The notes beneath the pieces were generated by a model, which saw nothing but the letters and a program-made list of their open reading frames with translations, made no database searches and had not been told where the DNA came from. Positions 13,383 to 30,004 of a stretch of DNA of 64,000 nucleotides are shown piece after piece. Position 1 is the first letter of the stretch. The number at the start of each line of letters is the position of its first letter. This DNA is from Eledone cirrhosa (taxonomy: Eukaryota): assembly GCA_964016885.1 (NCBI GenBank), contig OZ024760.1, forward strand, positions 18,414,001 through 18,478,000. The letters run 5' to 3'. A program made the translations under genes and the position numbers.

Positions 13383-13681
13383 AGAGGTAGATCCCCTCAA
13401 GCCTGATGGCTGGATAACATCCATGAGCTTGGCTGGTCTCACTTGGGGATCCAACTTGATCAGTTGGGGACAGTTGCTTCTGACAGGACCCCGCTGGAAG
13501 GAGTATTTAAGGACTCTGCCCTCCACGACCCTCTCAGGAATAAGTGACAGGAGGAAGGGGAGAAGTTTATAGTATCTTTACTAGTGGACAGATTGTTGTG
13601 AAAATGTCCTGTAAACTGAAGTAAAACAATTTGTGTAACAGTCAACAGTCTGTGATAAGAAGTTTGGGAAAATGTTGTAGG

Positions 13682-13706
13682 TCTCTGTCTCTCTCTCTCT
13701 CCATAA

Positions 13707-13739
<33 letters not shown>

Positions 13740-13782
13740 TCCATAACTCTGTGTGTGTGTGTCTCTCTCTCTCTCTCCATAA

Positions 13783-13815
<33 letters not shown>

Positions 13816-14428
13816 CATAACTCTGTGTGTGTGTGTCTCTCTCTCTCTCACCATAACTCTGTGTGTGTCTCTCTCTCTCTCTCTCGCCATAACTCTGTGT
13901 GTGTGTGTCTCTCTCTCTCTCTCTCTCGCCATAACTCTGTGTGTGTGTGTGTCTCTCTCTCTCTCTCTCTCTCGCCATAACTCTGTGTGTGTGTGTCTCT
14001 CTGTCTCTCTCTCTCGCCATAACTCTGTGTGTGTGTGTGTCTCTCTCTCTCTCTCTCGCCATAACTCTGTGTGTGTGTCTCTCTCGCCATAACTCTGTGT
14101 GTGTGTGTCTCTCTCTCTCTCTCTCTCGCCATAACTCTGTGTGTGTGTCTCTCTCTCTCTCTCTCTCGCCATAACTCTGTGTGTGTGTGTCTCTCTCTCT
14201 CTCGCCATAATTCTGTGTGTGTGTCTCTCTCTCGCCATAACTGTGTGTCTGTGTGTCTCTCTCTCGCCATAACTCTGTGTGTGTGTGTGTCTCTCTCTCT
14301 CTCTCCATAACTCTGTGTGTGTGTGTCTCTCTCTCCATAACTGTGTGTGTGTGTGTCTCTCTCCATAACTCTGTGTGTGTGTGTGTGTCTCTCTCTCTCT
14401 CTCTCTCTCTCCATAACTGTGTGTGTGT
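13682..14428. repeat. Compound minisatellite ccataactct-(GT)n-(CT)n
   Basis: About 20 units with a constant 10-nt anchor and variable dinucleotide runs. Confidence 0.9.
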
Positions 14429-16227
14429 ACACTTGTTATCCCCCCCCCCACCTCTCCCTTCCTCCTCCTACCTCTTCCACTTCTGTCTCTAACACCACCA
14501 CCGCCACCACCGCCACCACCAATCTTTACTCTGTCTATATGTGACCTTCACTTCTGACAGACTGACTGCCTCTCTCTCTCTCTCTATCTCTAGCTCCCCC
14601 TCTCCCTCTCTATATATATCTCTCCCCTCTCTCTCTCCCCTCTATCTCTCTCTGTACTAAGTGACAACACTATATTCTCCACTATGTGACCCATTCACTA
14701 CCACTGCCACCCAGTTTGTGTCACATATCTCACTGTGTCGGCCTGACCTTCTCTCATACAACACTGACTGTCTGTCCAAATGTTACTGCTCACCTCTTTC
14801 ATACACCTCCCCCTCCCCTGGTCTGGTCTAGCCCCAACCCACCTCCCACCCCTCCATACCTCTCACTAGCCTCACCTCCCCTTCACCCGGCTTGACCTTC
14901 CTTTCATCTCACCTCTCACCACACCTGGCCTCACCTTGTTGTCAAATGGTGGTGGTGGTAGTGTTAGTGGTTGTGGTGGTAGTAGTGTTAGTAGTGGTAG
15001 TAGTGGTTGTGGTGGTAGTGGTTGTGGTGGTAGTGTTAGTGGTGGTGGTAGTGTTAGTGGTTGTGGTGGTAGTAGTGGTAGTAGTGGTAGTGGTGGTTGT
15101 GGTGGTAGTGGTGTTAGTGGTTGTGGTGGTAGTGTTAGTGGTGGTGGTGGTAGTGTTAGTGGTGGTGGTGGTAGTAGTGGTAGTAGTGGTAGTAGTGGTA
15201 GTGGTGGTGGTAGTAATGTTAGTGGTTGTGGTGGTAGTAGTGGTAGTAGTGTTAGTGGTTGTGGTGGTAGTAGTGGTAGTAGTGTTAGTGGTTGTGGTGG
15301 TAGTAGTGGTAGTAGTGGTAGTAGTGTTATTGGTGTTAATGTTGGTGGTAGTAGTGTTAGTGGTTGTGCCGGTAGTAGTGGTAGTAGTGTTAGTGGTTGT
15401 GGTGGTAGTGGTGTTAATGGTGGTGGTAGTAGTGTTAGTGGTTGTGGTAGTAATGTTTGTTGTGGTGGTAGTAGTGGTAGTAGTAATGTTAGTGGTTGTG
15501 GTGGTAGTGTTAGTGGTTGTGGTGGTAGTGTTAGTGGTTGTGGTGGTGGTAGTCACAAGTAACATATGAAGGTAGCAACCCCACCCCAGGTGGTAACAGT
15601 CCCAGACCAGATGTAAAATACAGCCGCTTCCACCTCCACCCCTTCAATACATCCACCCCATCTGGTACTAGTCTCAGGCCACATCTATAATGCAGACACC
15701 ACCCCCACACGTCCCAACTCCCCACCCACAAACCACACCACCGCCAACACACTCCACCCTACCTCACACCACCACCACCATCACACCCCACACCACCACA
15801 ACCACACACCACACCGCCACCACATCACCATCCCCCCCCCCCGCTCTACACCACTACCACACCACACACCCCACACCCAATAGCCCCCACCACCCTACAC
15901 CACCACCACCACCACACCCCATAGCCACCACCACCCCACACCACCACCACCACCCTACACCACCACTACCACCCTACATCACCCACACACACCACCACCA
16001 CCACACCCCATATCCACCACCACCACCACCACCCCACACCACCACCCTACACCACCACTACCACCACCCTACATCACCACCACCACCCTACACCACCACC
16101 ACACCCCATAGCCACCCCACACCACCACCACCACCACCCCACCACCACTGCCACCACTACTATTTTATATAAAAGATGTATTTATATATGCCATCTAACC
16201 CATGCTAGCGTGGAAGATAGACGTTAA

Positions 16228-16270
<43 letters not shown>

Positions 16271-16831
16271 ATTTATTATTTCTCTTTTTTTTTTCCATCT
16301 ATTTATTCCACCCCAGGTTGTTTTTAAAGTATGCAAAAGACTTTTATATTTCATCTCCTCAACTCAACAAATTTCCAAAATGGTACACACAGACAGACAC
16401 AGAGAGAGAGAGGGAGAGGGAGAGAGAGAGAGATTTCCGAATCTGGGGCAGAGAGCATGAACAAAAATGACCATCATCATCATCAACAGCAACAACAGCA
16501 ACAACAACAACAGCAACAACAGCAGCAGCAACATCAACAGCTGCCAAATCTCTTCCCTCCATTTCAAACCAATCACTGTGTTGATTATATTAATTATGAT
16601 TTTAAAAACTAACAAGAAAAGTAAAGCAAAGGAAAGCAAAGATATTAAAAAAAAAAATGACTATGGAAGACAAAAATTTTGTATATTTTATATTGCTTCT
16701 GTTGTTTGTCAAAACAAGCAAGAAGTTGTTGACTTTGACTGCGTTAAAATGGAATACCTACCTGGATATCTATATACAAACCTACCTATAATATATATAT
16801 ATGTATGTATGTATATGTGTGTTTATATATG

Positions 16832-16862
<31 letters not shown>

Positions 16863-18139
16863 ATATATGTATATGTACAAATATTTATTGTAAGTGCAGA
16901 TTAAAATTTAGGCATAAAGTCGGAATCGCTGCTTTCACCCTTAATGAGATCTTTTGAAAGATCCCGTTAAGGGTTAAAGCTGCGATTCTTTGCTTAAATT
17001 TTAATCTGTACTTATAATAAATAAATATATATGTATGTATGTATATATATATAATATATATACATGTATATATGTGTGTGTGTATATATATATGTATATA
17101 TATATAATATATATACATGTATATATGTGTGTGTGTATATATGTATGTATATATATATAATATATATACATGTATATATGTGTGTGTGTATATATGTATG
17201 TATATATATATAATATATATACATGTATATATGTGTGTGTGTATATATATATGTATATACATGTATATATATACATATATATGTATATATATGTATATAT
17301 ATATATATATTGCTGATCAAACAAGGCTCCATTCTCCCTCCTGTTTTTTTTTTGTTTCTTTTTTTTGTTGTTGTTTTTTTTTGTAATTTTAAAAAAAAAT
17401 TATTATTATTTTTTATTTAATTATTTTATTCATCAGTAATATAATATAGGAGTACCAAGAATAGACAGTGCCTGCTACCCCGCTCCTTCCTCTCCCCTAA
17501 ACACAGTCGGGAGAGACCTGTGAAATGATTGCTCCCACTGACTTATGGGGGGGGGGGGCTTCCACCTGTAAAGCTGCGGGGAGGGGGGGGGGGTGTAATT
17601 ACCTTGACATTGTTGAGATAATACTCATGTTAACAAACCATACACATACACACACATAGACATACACACAGACATAGACATACAAACACACACACATACA
17701 TACAGAGACACACACACATACATAGACATACTGAGACACACGCACATACACACACAGAGACACACATAGATAGATAGACCCACACTCACACATAGACAAA
17801 CACACTCACACATATACACACACATATACATATAGACATACAGATGCAGACATACATTCACATACATGGGCACACACACAGACAAACAAACTCACATACA
17901 CACTCATACACGAACACATACAGTCACATACACAAACACACACACACACACACACACACACGCGCACACACAAACTCTCACTCACACACACACACACACA
18001 CAAACAAACTCACAAACTCACACACACAAACTCACTCACACACACACAGACAAACTCGTATACACACACACAGACATACACAACTCTTAGAATATATAAT
18101 AACTACAGACATGAAAATGGTATGGTTGATTTTGGCAGG

Positions 18140-19115
18140 AAATATACCATCTTGGTGGTGGTATATATATATCTGCTGGTGGTATATATATATATATATA
18201 CCATCTGGTGGTCGTATATATACCATCTTGGTGGTGGTATATATATACCATCTGGTGGTGGTATATATACCATCTGGTGGTGGTATATATACCATTTGAT
18301 GGCAAATATACTATCTTTTGGTGATTGATATAATGATAAACCATCTCCTGGTGGTAAAGCCATACCATTTTCTAGTGGTAAAGATACCATCCACTACTGG
18401 TAAAACCATACCATCCTCTAGTAGTAAGGATACCATCTTCAGATGGATATAAATATACCATCCCCTGGTGGTAAAGCCATACCATTTTCTAGTGGCAAAG
18501 ATACCATCTTCAGGTGAATTTAACCATACCATCTTCTAGTGGTAAGGATAACTTACAACTAGACAACATCCTTTGGTCGTAAGACCATACCATTTTCTAG
18601 TGGATATAAAACCATACCATTTTCTAGTGGATATAAAACCATACCATTTTCTAGTGGATATAAAACCATACCATTTTCTAGTAGATATAAAACCATACCA
18701 TTTTCTAGTAGATATAAAACCATACCATTTTCTAGTAGATATAAAACCATACCATTTTCTAGTAGATATAAAACCATACCATTTTCTAGTAGATATAAAA
18801 CCATACCATTTTCTAGTAGATATAAAACCATACCATTTTCTAGTGGATATAAAACCATACCATTTTCTTATGGTAAACCATATCTTCTGCTGGATATAAA
18901 TATGTCATCCTCTGGTAGTAAACTATACGATCTTTTAATGGTAAGGATACCATCCTCTAGTGTAAGGTTACCATCTTCAGGTGGATATTCATATGTATCC
19001 CCTGGTGGTAAACCATACGATCTTCTAATGGTAAGGATACCATCCCCTGGCGGCAAAGCTATACCGTCCTCTGGTACTGAAGCCCTACCATCTTCTAGTG
19101 GTAAGGATACCATTT
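18140..19115. repeat. taccat-based tandem region with a homogeneous 27-bp core (18585-18868)
   Basis: aaaccataccattttctagt(a/g)gatata repeated about 10 times, flanked by diverged units. Confidence 0.9.
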
Positions 19116-20634
19116 AAGGATACTGATTTCTGCTGAGCTTTTTCTTTTTACTTCACAAACAACAACATTTTTTTTTTCTTAAATTTAAATTAAGAAGGGA
19201 TAAGAAAGGGCAATGGTTGCAGCTGATGAAACTAGAGTCCACCCTCAATTCTATAAAGGTCCCCTCCACAGCCATGATAGAACAGAGTTTACATTACTGC
19301 TACAAATTGCCACCTCTCATCTTCCTGTTCTGCTATCAAAATAAAATCTTTGGGGGTTTGTTGTTTCTTCTTGGTGATAAGAGACCTTCTTTTTCTGCTT
19401 CAACATCATCTTCTGTCTGGGTGGATGGGGTCCATAATGTGAGATATGCTGACCCCTCAAACATCATCTTCTGTTTACGAAAGAAAGCGGGTGGATGTGG
19501 CTGATAATGTGAAATATGCTGACCATGCCAACACAGGCCACTGTTGGTCTCCATCACAGACACTAAATCTAACATTATATTTTAGTTTAGACTTTCATTA
19601 AAATATGGATTCTTATGTCATTCATAAAGCCCCTTCCAACATGGACAAATAGGACCAGTGATGTATCTTTGGTCATTTCAAAACATAACCAATAGAAATT
19701 CATCTCTTTTTGAACTTTAACCCTTTAGCATTTAAACCGGCCATATCCAGCTAAAATTCTCTCACCCCTTTCTGTTCAAACTGGCCACAACTGACTGCTT
19801 ATACTTATGTTAAGGTATTGTTCTCAAAATAAATAATATTAAAATCTCATAGATTTGATATTATGTGAGATAAAGCCTTTACTGTGAAAACACAACAGTA
19901 ACTATAGAGTAATGTAAATGTTAAAGGGTTGAATACTGTCACCTGAAAAAGTGTGTACTCTTGCAAATAGCTGCTTGTTATTTATTTTTGTGAGGGCAGG
20001 GTTCGTGTATTGGCCAAATTGGTGGAGTTTGGACAGATGATGTGCCTTTGCTGTATTTGTTTTGGTTCTTTACGCTCAGAGTTCGAATTCTGCCAAAGTA
20101 AGCTTTACCTTTCATCCTTCTGTGGGGGCAGTCGATATAAATATACCAGTTACATAATAGGGTCAATATAATTAACTTTCTTTGATAAGCTGATGAATGA
20201 AAATATAAAAAGTCCTTCAGGGTTTCTACTTTGTTCCCAGATTTTAAAATGGCCCTAAATTTCCCTGTCAGAAAAACTAACATAGGATCCCTTTCTGAAA
20301 ACAAATGTGGTCTAACAACTTGATGTAGGGCAAGGCATGCTTGCCTTCTTCCCTCTTTCCTTTTCTGCTAACAATACCATTAATTATTAACTGTGGGTTT
20401 TCTCAGTAAGAAGAACCATTTTGGAATATGTGTGTACATGTGTGTGTAATATATATATATAATATTTAATATAGAAATGGCTTCTACCGGACTACAACTG
20501 TTTCATTCAAAGAAAATCATCAGGAAAGCCCTGATAATTTCCTTCGAATGAAACAGTTCTAGTCCTGTAGAAGCCATTTCTATATTAAATATTATTTATA
20601 CTCTGCTATGTATTGAGTACCTTACTTACTGTGG

Positions 20635-20681
<47 letters not shown>

Positions 20682-20928
20682 ATGCTAGCATGGAAGATGG
20701 ACGTTATATGAAGATGATGATATATATATATCATCATCATCATCATCGTATACATACATATATACGTGAGGTATCTTTGGCAAAACACTGCCACTGTACT
20801 CACGGAATAACTATAATGTGTCAACTCTGAACCTTGGGATGCAGTTTCACAACCACAAGCTTATTGTCTGATTGAATGAGTATATCATGGCCTGGGGGGT
20901 CACTGAAATAACTTTGGTGACTTTTGTA

Positions 20929-20967
<39 letters not shown>

Positions 20968-21053
20968 TATAATAAACTCCGGATGAACAAAAACCGGGGA
21001 GTACTTAACATCTGTTAAGAAAATGTCGGCAAATTTTCAATCGACCAACTTTC

Positions 21054-21095
<42 letters not shown>

Positions 21096-21109
21096 TATGC
21101 ATGTATTTA

Positions 21110-21145
<36 letters not shown>

Positions 21146-23689
21146 TAAAATAACAGATTAAAGTTTAAGCAAAGAATCGCTGCTTTCACCCTTAACTGGA
21201 TCTTCTGAAACTAACCAATCTTTGGATTTTAGTCTTCAAATTTATTATTATTACTATATATATATTATTACTATATATATATATATATATATAGAGATCT
21301 TTATTATATATAAAAATGACGGTGGATTGGCAGTATCGGTAGAGGTTGCAGCATAGAGTTGTGGCCCTTTACGTTCTGAGCTCAAATCCCGCCGACGTTA
21401 ACTTTGCCTTTCATCCTTTTGGGGTCAATAAAATAAAGTACCAGTCATGCACTGGGGTCGACTTAATCGTCTTCCCCCTCTCCAAAAATTGTGGCCTTGT
21501 GCCTATATAAGAAACCATTATATATAGAAATGACTTTAACAAGACAAGAACTGTTTCATTCATATGGAATCACCAGGAGTATATATTTGTATATACATAT
21601 ATATATAAAGAATGCTTCTCCAAAGAGGAACAGAAAGAGACCACAGTTAAATGATGTACTCAATACATGAAGTAGAGAAGTTACATAATTTATTTGCTAT
21701 AGAAATTACATCTACAGGACTAAAACTATTTCACTCCCATGATAAATCATAAGGTTGTTATCTCCCATGGAACAGTTTCTAAATCCATTACATTTTCGCT
21801 TATTAATCAGGTCTTTGCATCGTTAATAAAAATTAACAAATTAATGAAGGATTAATTTAGTGTTAACATACTGAAGACAGAGAGACTTAGAAATTGACTC
21901 AGAATTAATTATGTGGTGAGAAAAATATAATAATAGTAATATGATTGTCAGTCCTTCTTCCCCAGAACATGATCCCTCTGGAACTCTCCCTCTTCCCATG
22001 GCTCATGCCTTTCCCCCCAACATAGACCTGCAATAGGTTTTAACAGAACATCAACAGCAGGAACAAAGCTTGTGAAAGACATGGGTATTATTATTACCCC
22101 TCGGTAGAGTCTCAGACTTTCCAGCATAGAGTTACATCCCTTTACGGTCTGAGTTCAAATCCCGCCCAGGTTAACTTTGCCTTTCATTCTTACGGAGTCG
22201 ATAAAATAAAGTACCAGTAATGCACTGGGGGAATTGCTGGCCTTGTGCCAAAAGTAGAACAATTATTACCTCTTTCTCTAGACCTATGAATAAAAATTTA
22301 AAAAACAAAGAACTTTCTGGCAAGAATGGGAGAGAATCACTGACAGACTTATCAATGGCACACTTATTTGCTAATCCCCTTTTTATATAGAGATTCTAAT
22401 CATTGATAAAATTACCAAATTCTTGTCAACTTGGCCCTGTACATGGCAGAAACCACATTGGAAAGAAATTCTAGAAAAGTACAAAACACCATTATGATTA
22501 CATCAGTTGGGCGGTGAATTGGCAGTAGAGGGTCGGACGCCATGCTTTGACGCATAGAGTTACGGCCCTTGCCATTCTGAGTTCAAATCCCGCCGAGGTT
22601 AACTTTGCCTTTCATCCTTACGGGGTCGATAAAATAAAGTACCAGTAATGTACTGGGTAATTGCTGGCCTTGTGCCAATAGTAGAAACAATTATGATTAC
22701 ATCACTTGGAAAATTGAAGTCTTCACTTTATTTAACTCAAAATGTTCACAACAAAATCTCCATTATTGCATTGGCAGTATCAGTAGAGGGCTGGACACCA
22801 TGCTTTGCAGCATAGAGTTACGGCCCTTTACGGTTTGAGTTCAAATCTTGCCAAGGTTAACTTTGCCTTTGATCCTTACGGCATCGATAAAATAAAATAA
22901 AGTAGCAGTAATGCACTGGGGGAATTGCTGGCCTTGTGCCAAAAGTTGAAACAATTATTTAAGATAAAGATATATAAACATTCTTCCTCAAACACTCTTT
23001 CCAGCGGGTACCATCAGAAGCCACCGTCTCCAACTGATCTGGCTGGATCCCCCATGCGAGACCAGCCAAGTTCACGGATGTTATCCAACCATTTTGCTCT
23101 CGGGGTCTACTCCTGGGTCTTCCTTCTGCTGTAAGTTGGATTTTTGCCCCTTAAAATCTGTTTTATCAAGCATTGGTGGATAAGAAAGTCAGGACCAGGT
23201 ATGCAGATATTATTGCATCCAAATTCAGAAAACTCCCTGAGCAAACTGAGGATGTTGAGACAGAATGGAGATTGTTGGGCGCAGAAGTTTCTACTTCTGC
23301 TGAGAAAAGAAAGAAAAAAGGAAAAAAAAAAAACGGAAATATAAACATTTGAATTTAAAAAAAAAAAAACAACTTCTTTTTAGATATTTTCTATTCAAAA
23401 TTATTACAGGATTTTAAGAGTTCAAAAACCCACAGACATTTGGTTGTTTGGTTGAGTGACTGTTAAAAACTTTCAAGGAATTATTACAAGAGCAAGAGTT
23501 GTTTATATCACCTACACCTACTTTGGTTAACTTTTTTGGAATATATTGATATATATGGTGCCTTATTTCAATTCTAAAAATCATGCACTACATTGTAATA
23601 CCTCTTTGAAATGGTTTTTGTTTTTTTTTATTTATAAAATAAATTTTATTGACCTTTATTTAATGTCTTGAATTAAGGAAACCTTTCTG

Positions 23690-24700
23690 TGCCTTGTATA
23701 TATATACATGTATATATATATATATGTGTATATGTATATATATATAATATATGTATATGTATATGTATATATATGTATATTTATATATATGTAGGATATG
23801 TATATATATATAATATATGTATATGTATATGTATATATATGTATATTTATATATATGTAGGATATGTATATATATAATATATATGTATATATGTATGATA
23901 TATATATATATATATGTATAATATATATGTATGATATATATATGTATGATATATATATGTATGATATATATATATATATATGTATAATATATATGTATGA
24001 TATATATATGTATGATATATATATATATGTATAATATATATATATGTATGATATATATATATATGTATAATATATATATATGTATATAATATATATATAT
24101 GTATATAATATATATATATGTATATAATATATATATATGTATATAATATATATATATGTATATAATATATATATATGTATATAATATAATATATGTATAT
24201 AATATATGTATATAATATAATATATGTATATAATATATGTATATGTATATAATATATGTATATAATATATATATATGTATATGTATATAATATATGTATA
24301 TAATATATGTATATAATATATATATATGTATATAATATATATATATGTATATAATATATATATATGTATATAATATATATATATGTATATGTATATAATA
24401 TATGTATATAATATATATATATGTATATGTATATAATATATGTATATAATATATATATATGTATATAATATATATATATGTATATAATATATATATATGT
24501 ATATAATATATATATATGTATATATATATATGTATATGTATATAATATATATATATGTATATGTATATAATATATATATATATGTATATATATATATGTA
24601 TATAATATATATATATGTATATGTATATAATATATATATATATTATACATATATATATATATATATATATAAAAATATATATATATACATATATATATAA
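23690..24700. repeat. Long (TA)/(TATG) microsatellite; similar tracts at 26905-27942 and 41275-41983
   Basis: Direct inspection. Confidence 0.95.
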
Positions 24701-26488
24701 TACAAGGACGATTTGTTAAGCCTTCATTACGTTTATTGATTGGTGATGCGCGTTTTGCTATTGATCAGTTCAAGGTTTGATCTGTATCGATGTAGCCCGA
24801 CTATGGAGTGAAAAGCTCGTCTCGTACCTCTGCTGTTGTAATGACAGAATGGGTATAAATACATATATATATATAATGATAAAATGAAGTCATCAGAAGG
24901 ACTGATATATATGTATGTATGTATGTATGTATCAATCAAGGCTAATATTTAGTTCTTTTATATCTGGAATATATTATCCAAAACAAATTTTTACTCACTT
25001 TAAAACTCTGTTACTTCTAGTGAGTATTATCCTTGGTTAAGATTGTTTTAAACATTTAGTTTTAATTGATAAAAAAAAAAAGTTTCCTTTTTTTTTTTTT
25101 TTTTTTTTTTTTTTTGAGCCAGACAATAACAAAAATAAAAAAAAAAAACAAGAAAAGGGTCAGAAAAAAATGATAAAATAAAATATAATAAATTATATTT
25201 GACCCTCTCTTCATCATATTTCTACTGTAGAAACACTGTGGGGAAGAAGCATCATGTGGAGTATCACTGAATCATTCACATGTGGCTGGTATCACATCTC
25301 TCTCTCTCTCTCTCTGATCACTAACAATTCACTGACTGACTAAATTGACTCAATAGATTCGCTAAAGAAAATATATTGTTTTATTTAATCATATAATTCC
25401 AATCCTTAAATCCTTTCATTATCATATTTCTAATGAAAGGACACAGCTTATGTCATTAACCTTTCAATATCATATTTCAAATGAAACCTTTCATTACCAT
25501 GTTTCTAATGAAAAGACACTGCCTATGATCTTCAAATAATTTTGAAAATAATCATGAATTTGGAGGGACTTAGTAACATAATCAACTTTCTCAATATTAA
25601 TCTGGTGTTTGGAACATAACTTAACAAAGGTTCTTACATAAAACTATGATGGAAGATAAATGTAAACATATAATATAAAACAGTTTTGAATTGTAGAACC
25701 AGGGGTAGTTTTAAGTGGTTCAGTATTAAAAGTATTAAAGTTTAATCATTTTAATGGGGTTTTTAAATATATAACAAATGACACCATTAAAAGGTTTACC
25801 CTTTTTAATGGTGTGGGGTTTTTAAATATAACAAATAACACCATTAAAAAGTTTAGAGGTTCCTTTTAATGGTCTTTTTGACTATATAATTAAGGACACG
25901 ATTAAAAGAGATTAAAGTTTAACATTTTAAATGTTTTTTTTTAAAACTATATAACAAGGGCCACTAAAGGTCATTTGCTATATATAATGCGAAGATTATT
26001 TTACACTTTTAAACTGATATATCGCCCTCCCATGTCACAATATTAGCAATGTTATCATCAAGCCTGATATATTAGCCAAGCAATGTTATAAGGGTTAAAG
26101 ATATGAAAGAAAATTAAAGATAACTATTTATAATGTCTCTAGTATTTTGGTAAAGTACCTTTTTTTTTTTAAATTGTATAAACATAACATTTCTTTTCTT
26201 ATAAGTCTCTCTCTTTCTCTCCCTCCTCTCTCTCTCTCTCCCTTCTTTCTCTTTCTTTGTCTCTCTCTCTCTCCCTCTCTTTCTGTCACACACACACACA
26301 CACACACACACACAGTCTCTCTCTGTCATACACAATGTCTGTCTCTCTCTCTCTGTCACAACACACACACACACACTCTCTCTCTCTCACACACACATAT
26401 GTACACTCTCTCTCATGCACACACTCTCTCTCACACACATACACCCAGCCCTCCTTTCTCACACACACACACACACACACACACAGCC

Positions 26489-26546
<58 letters not shown>

Positions 26547-27316
26547 CCAGCCCTCCTCTCTCACACACACACACACACACCCAGCCCTCCTCTCTCACAC
26601 ACACACACACACACACACCCAGCCCTCCTCTCTCTCACACACACACACCCAGCCCTCCTCCTCTCTATACTGTAACATGTCCCCAGACACACCAAACTGT
26701 GTGTCACCATTCTTGGTACCAAACATTTGCCACCATTTTATCATTCAACAATTTCTTCACTGTTAAAAGTTAAACTTGTAAAAAAAGAAAAAAAATTAAT
26801 AACACAAAAACGGAACAAAAAACTGAAAAATATAATTAAAAATATTAAGTTGAAATTTGAAAGAAATTTGTGCATTTTACCTGGACTCGTGATAATAGTC
26901 TCCCTATATACATATATATATATATATATGTATATGTATATATACATGTATATATATATGTATATATGTGTATATATATATGTATATATGTATATATATA
27001 CATATGTATATATATACATGTATGTATATATATACATGTATATATATACATGTATATATATATATGTGTGTATATATATGTGTATATGTATATATATACA
27101 TGTATATATATGTATATATGTATGTATGTGTATGTATGTATATATATGTATGTATGTGTATGTATGTATATATATGTATATATATATATTTATGTATGTA
27201 TATGTATGTATGTATATGTATGTGTATGTATGTATATATATGTATATATATATATTTATGTATGTATGTGTATGTATGTATATGTATGTATGTATATATA
27301 TTTATATATATATATT

Positions 27317-27355
<39 letters not shown>

Positions 27356-27518
27356 GTGTATGTATGTATGTATATGTATGTATGTGTATGTATGTATGTA
27401 TATGTATGTATGTATATATATGTATATATATGTATATGTATGTATGTATGTATGTATATGTATGTATGTATGTATATGTATGTATGTATATATATTTATG
27501 TATATATGTATATTTATG

Positions 27519-27549
<31 letters not shown>

Positions 27550-27644
27550 TTATGTATGTATATATATTTATGTATGTATATATATTTATGTATGTATATA
27601 TATTTATGTATATATATATATTTATGTATGTATGTATGTATATG

Positions 27645-27703
<59 letters not shown>

Positions 27704-30004
27704 TTATGTATGTATGTATATGTATGTATGTATATTTATGTATGTATGTATATTTATGTATGTATATATATTTATGTATGTATATATATTTATGTATGTA
27801 TATATATTTATGTATGTATATATATTTATGTATGTATGTATATTTATGTATGTATGTATATATATTTATGTATGTATATATATGTATATACACATATATA
27901 TATACATATATATGTGTATATATATATATATACATATATATCTAATATCTTTTACATTCTGATTACTGAGATGAAATTACTGCGACTGTGAGGACATGAC
28001 AAATGAAGTTTATCAATGAGTGTGAGAATAAATTTATCAGCTGATGAATGATATTTAAATTATTATTACTATCATTATTATTATTACTATTACTATTTTA
28101 ATTTTTATCATCACCATTATCATTATTAATAATAATAATAACCTTTATTATTTCATTATTATAAAAGTACCAGTAATACACTGGTGTAATTGCTGGCCTT
28201 GTGCCAAAAGTAGAAACAATTATTATAAAAGGGCATTGGTTTGGCAGTATCGTTAGAGCGTCTGACGTCATGCTTTGCAGCTTAGAGTTATGGCCCTTTA
28301 CGTTCTGAGTTAAAATGCCGCTTAGGTTAACTTTGCCTTGCATCCTTACAGGGTCGATAAAATAAAGTACCAGTAATGTACTGGGGTCGATTTAATCGAT
28401 TTTCCCCCTCCCAAAATTGCTGGCCTTGTGCCTAAAGTAGAAACAATTATTTAAACTTAATCCAGGGTGGTGGATTGGCAGTAGAACTGGTAGAGCGTCG
28501 GACAACATACATTATGGCATAGAGTTGCGGCCCTTTACGATTTGAGTTCAAATCCTGGCAAGGTTAGCTTTGCCTTTCATCCTTACCAAGTCGATAAATA
28601 AAGTACCAGTAATAAATACACTCCGATCGATTTAATCGACTTTAACTTCCCTAAAAAAAAATTGCTGGCCTTTTCACCTACATAAGAAACCACTATTATT
28701 ATTATTATTATTATTGTTGTTATTATTATTATTGCTGCTGCTCCGAGTCGGAAAAAATAAACTAACAAAAAAGCTGTCATTGTATCGCGATCAGGGTACT
28801 CTGCTGAATTGATTGAAAGATGAAGACTCGGGCGGGGTTGGGGATATTCGCAGCATGGTGGTGGTGGTGGTGAGCTAAGCCTTTTGATCATGTTACATTT
28901 GTTATTATTGAAAACTATTTTCTACAATAATATATGAATAAAAACAAATAAAAAAAAAAACGTTCTGGTGGATGATTTCTGTTCATCATTTGTTCAATTC
29001 CATCTGAGTTATCTCCCTTCTTTATGGTTTTTAATGAGTGTGTGTCTGATATATATATATATATATATACATACATACTCCACGAAGGAACCAAACACCC
29101 ACTGTCTCTGTCTCTCTCACACTCTCACCATCTCTATACCCTTTTTAAATGGTCAGTAGGTTATAATTGGTGTCATAAACAAATATATACATATACACCA
29201 GGTCTGAACACAAAGGAACCAAACTCCCACTGTCACTGCCTCCGTCTCTCCCGTTCACCTCATCTCTCACTATTATGAGCAAATGGGACCCACGCGCTGG
29301 TGGCCCCGGCGGGCTGATATTTCCATGGATTTTAAATGGAAGGTAGCGAATTGGAAAGGTTGTTACAATGTCGGATTGGATGTTTTATGGTATTCGTTCC
29401 GGCTCTCTACACTCTGAGTTCAAATCCTGCAGGTCGATGAATAAAGTGCCAGTCCAGTACTAGGGGTCGATTCTATTCTTCCTCCGAGACCAACTTTGCC
29501 TTTCATCCTTGTCTCAGGAAAGAATCGCTGGACAGATTTTACGTGCAAAACCAACCGACAGGAGACCCAGGGGTAGACCCTAAGCAAGATGGTTAGATAA
29601 TATCCATTAGCTTGGATGGTCTTATTTGGAGATTTACCGATCATTTGAATTTGAAGACAATTTTTAAAATACCGGAAGTTAAGATAAAGCAGGGATAAAT
29701 ATGAAATACACCGGTGCCATAATTAGAGTTACACCGGTATTTTCAAAACAAAGTTTACTTACACATTAGTGTTAACTTGTAACAAACTACTTTCCCTGTT
29801 AAATATATGCAGCTCTTCACAAACATGTTTTTATATACATTCATAACACATACACAAACATATCTATATCTGTATGTGGTTGACGACTGAGAGAAAAGAG
29901 TTTTAATATTCATTTTATTAAAGCTAAATATTGAGTCTTGTTACTCTGGAGTTTCACCTGTTTATATACATACTTTATATATATATATAATGCATATTAT
30001 ATCC

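Noticed and set aside
12672-13406. CRISPR-like array or 16-aa repeat protein
   Set aside because: Head-to-tail identical units with no unique spacers and no cas genes, in a eukaryotic context.
13682-14428. Constant repeat with variable spacers (CRISPR-like)
   Set aside because: The spacers are only (GT)n(CT)n length variants produced by slippage.
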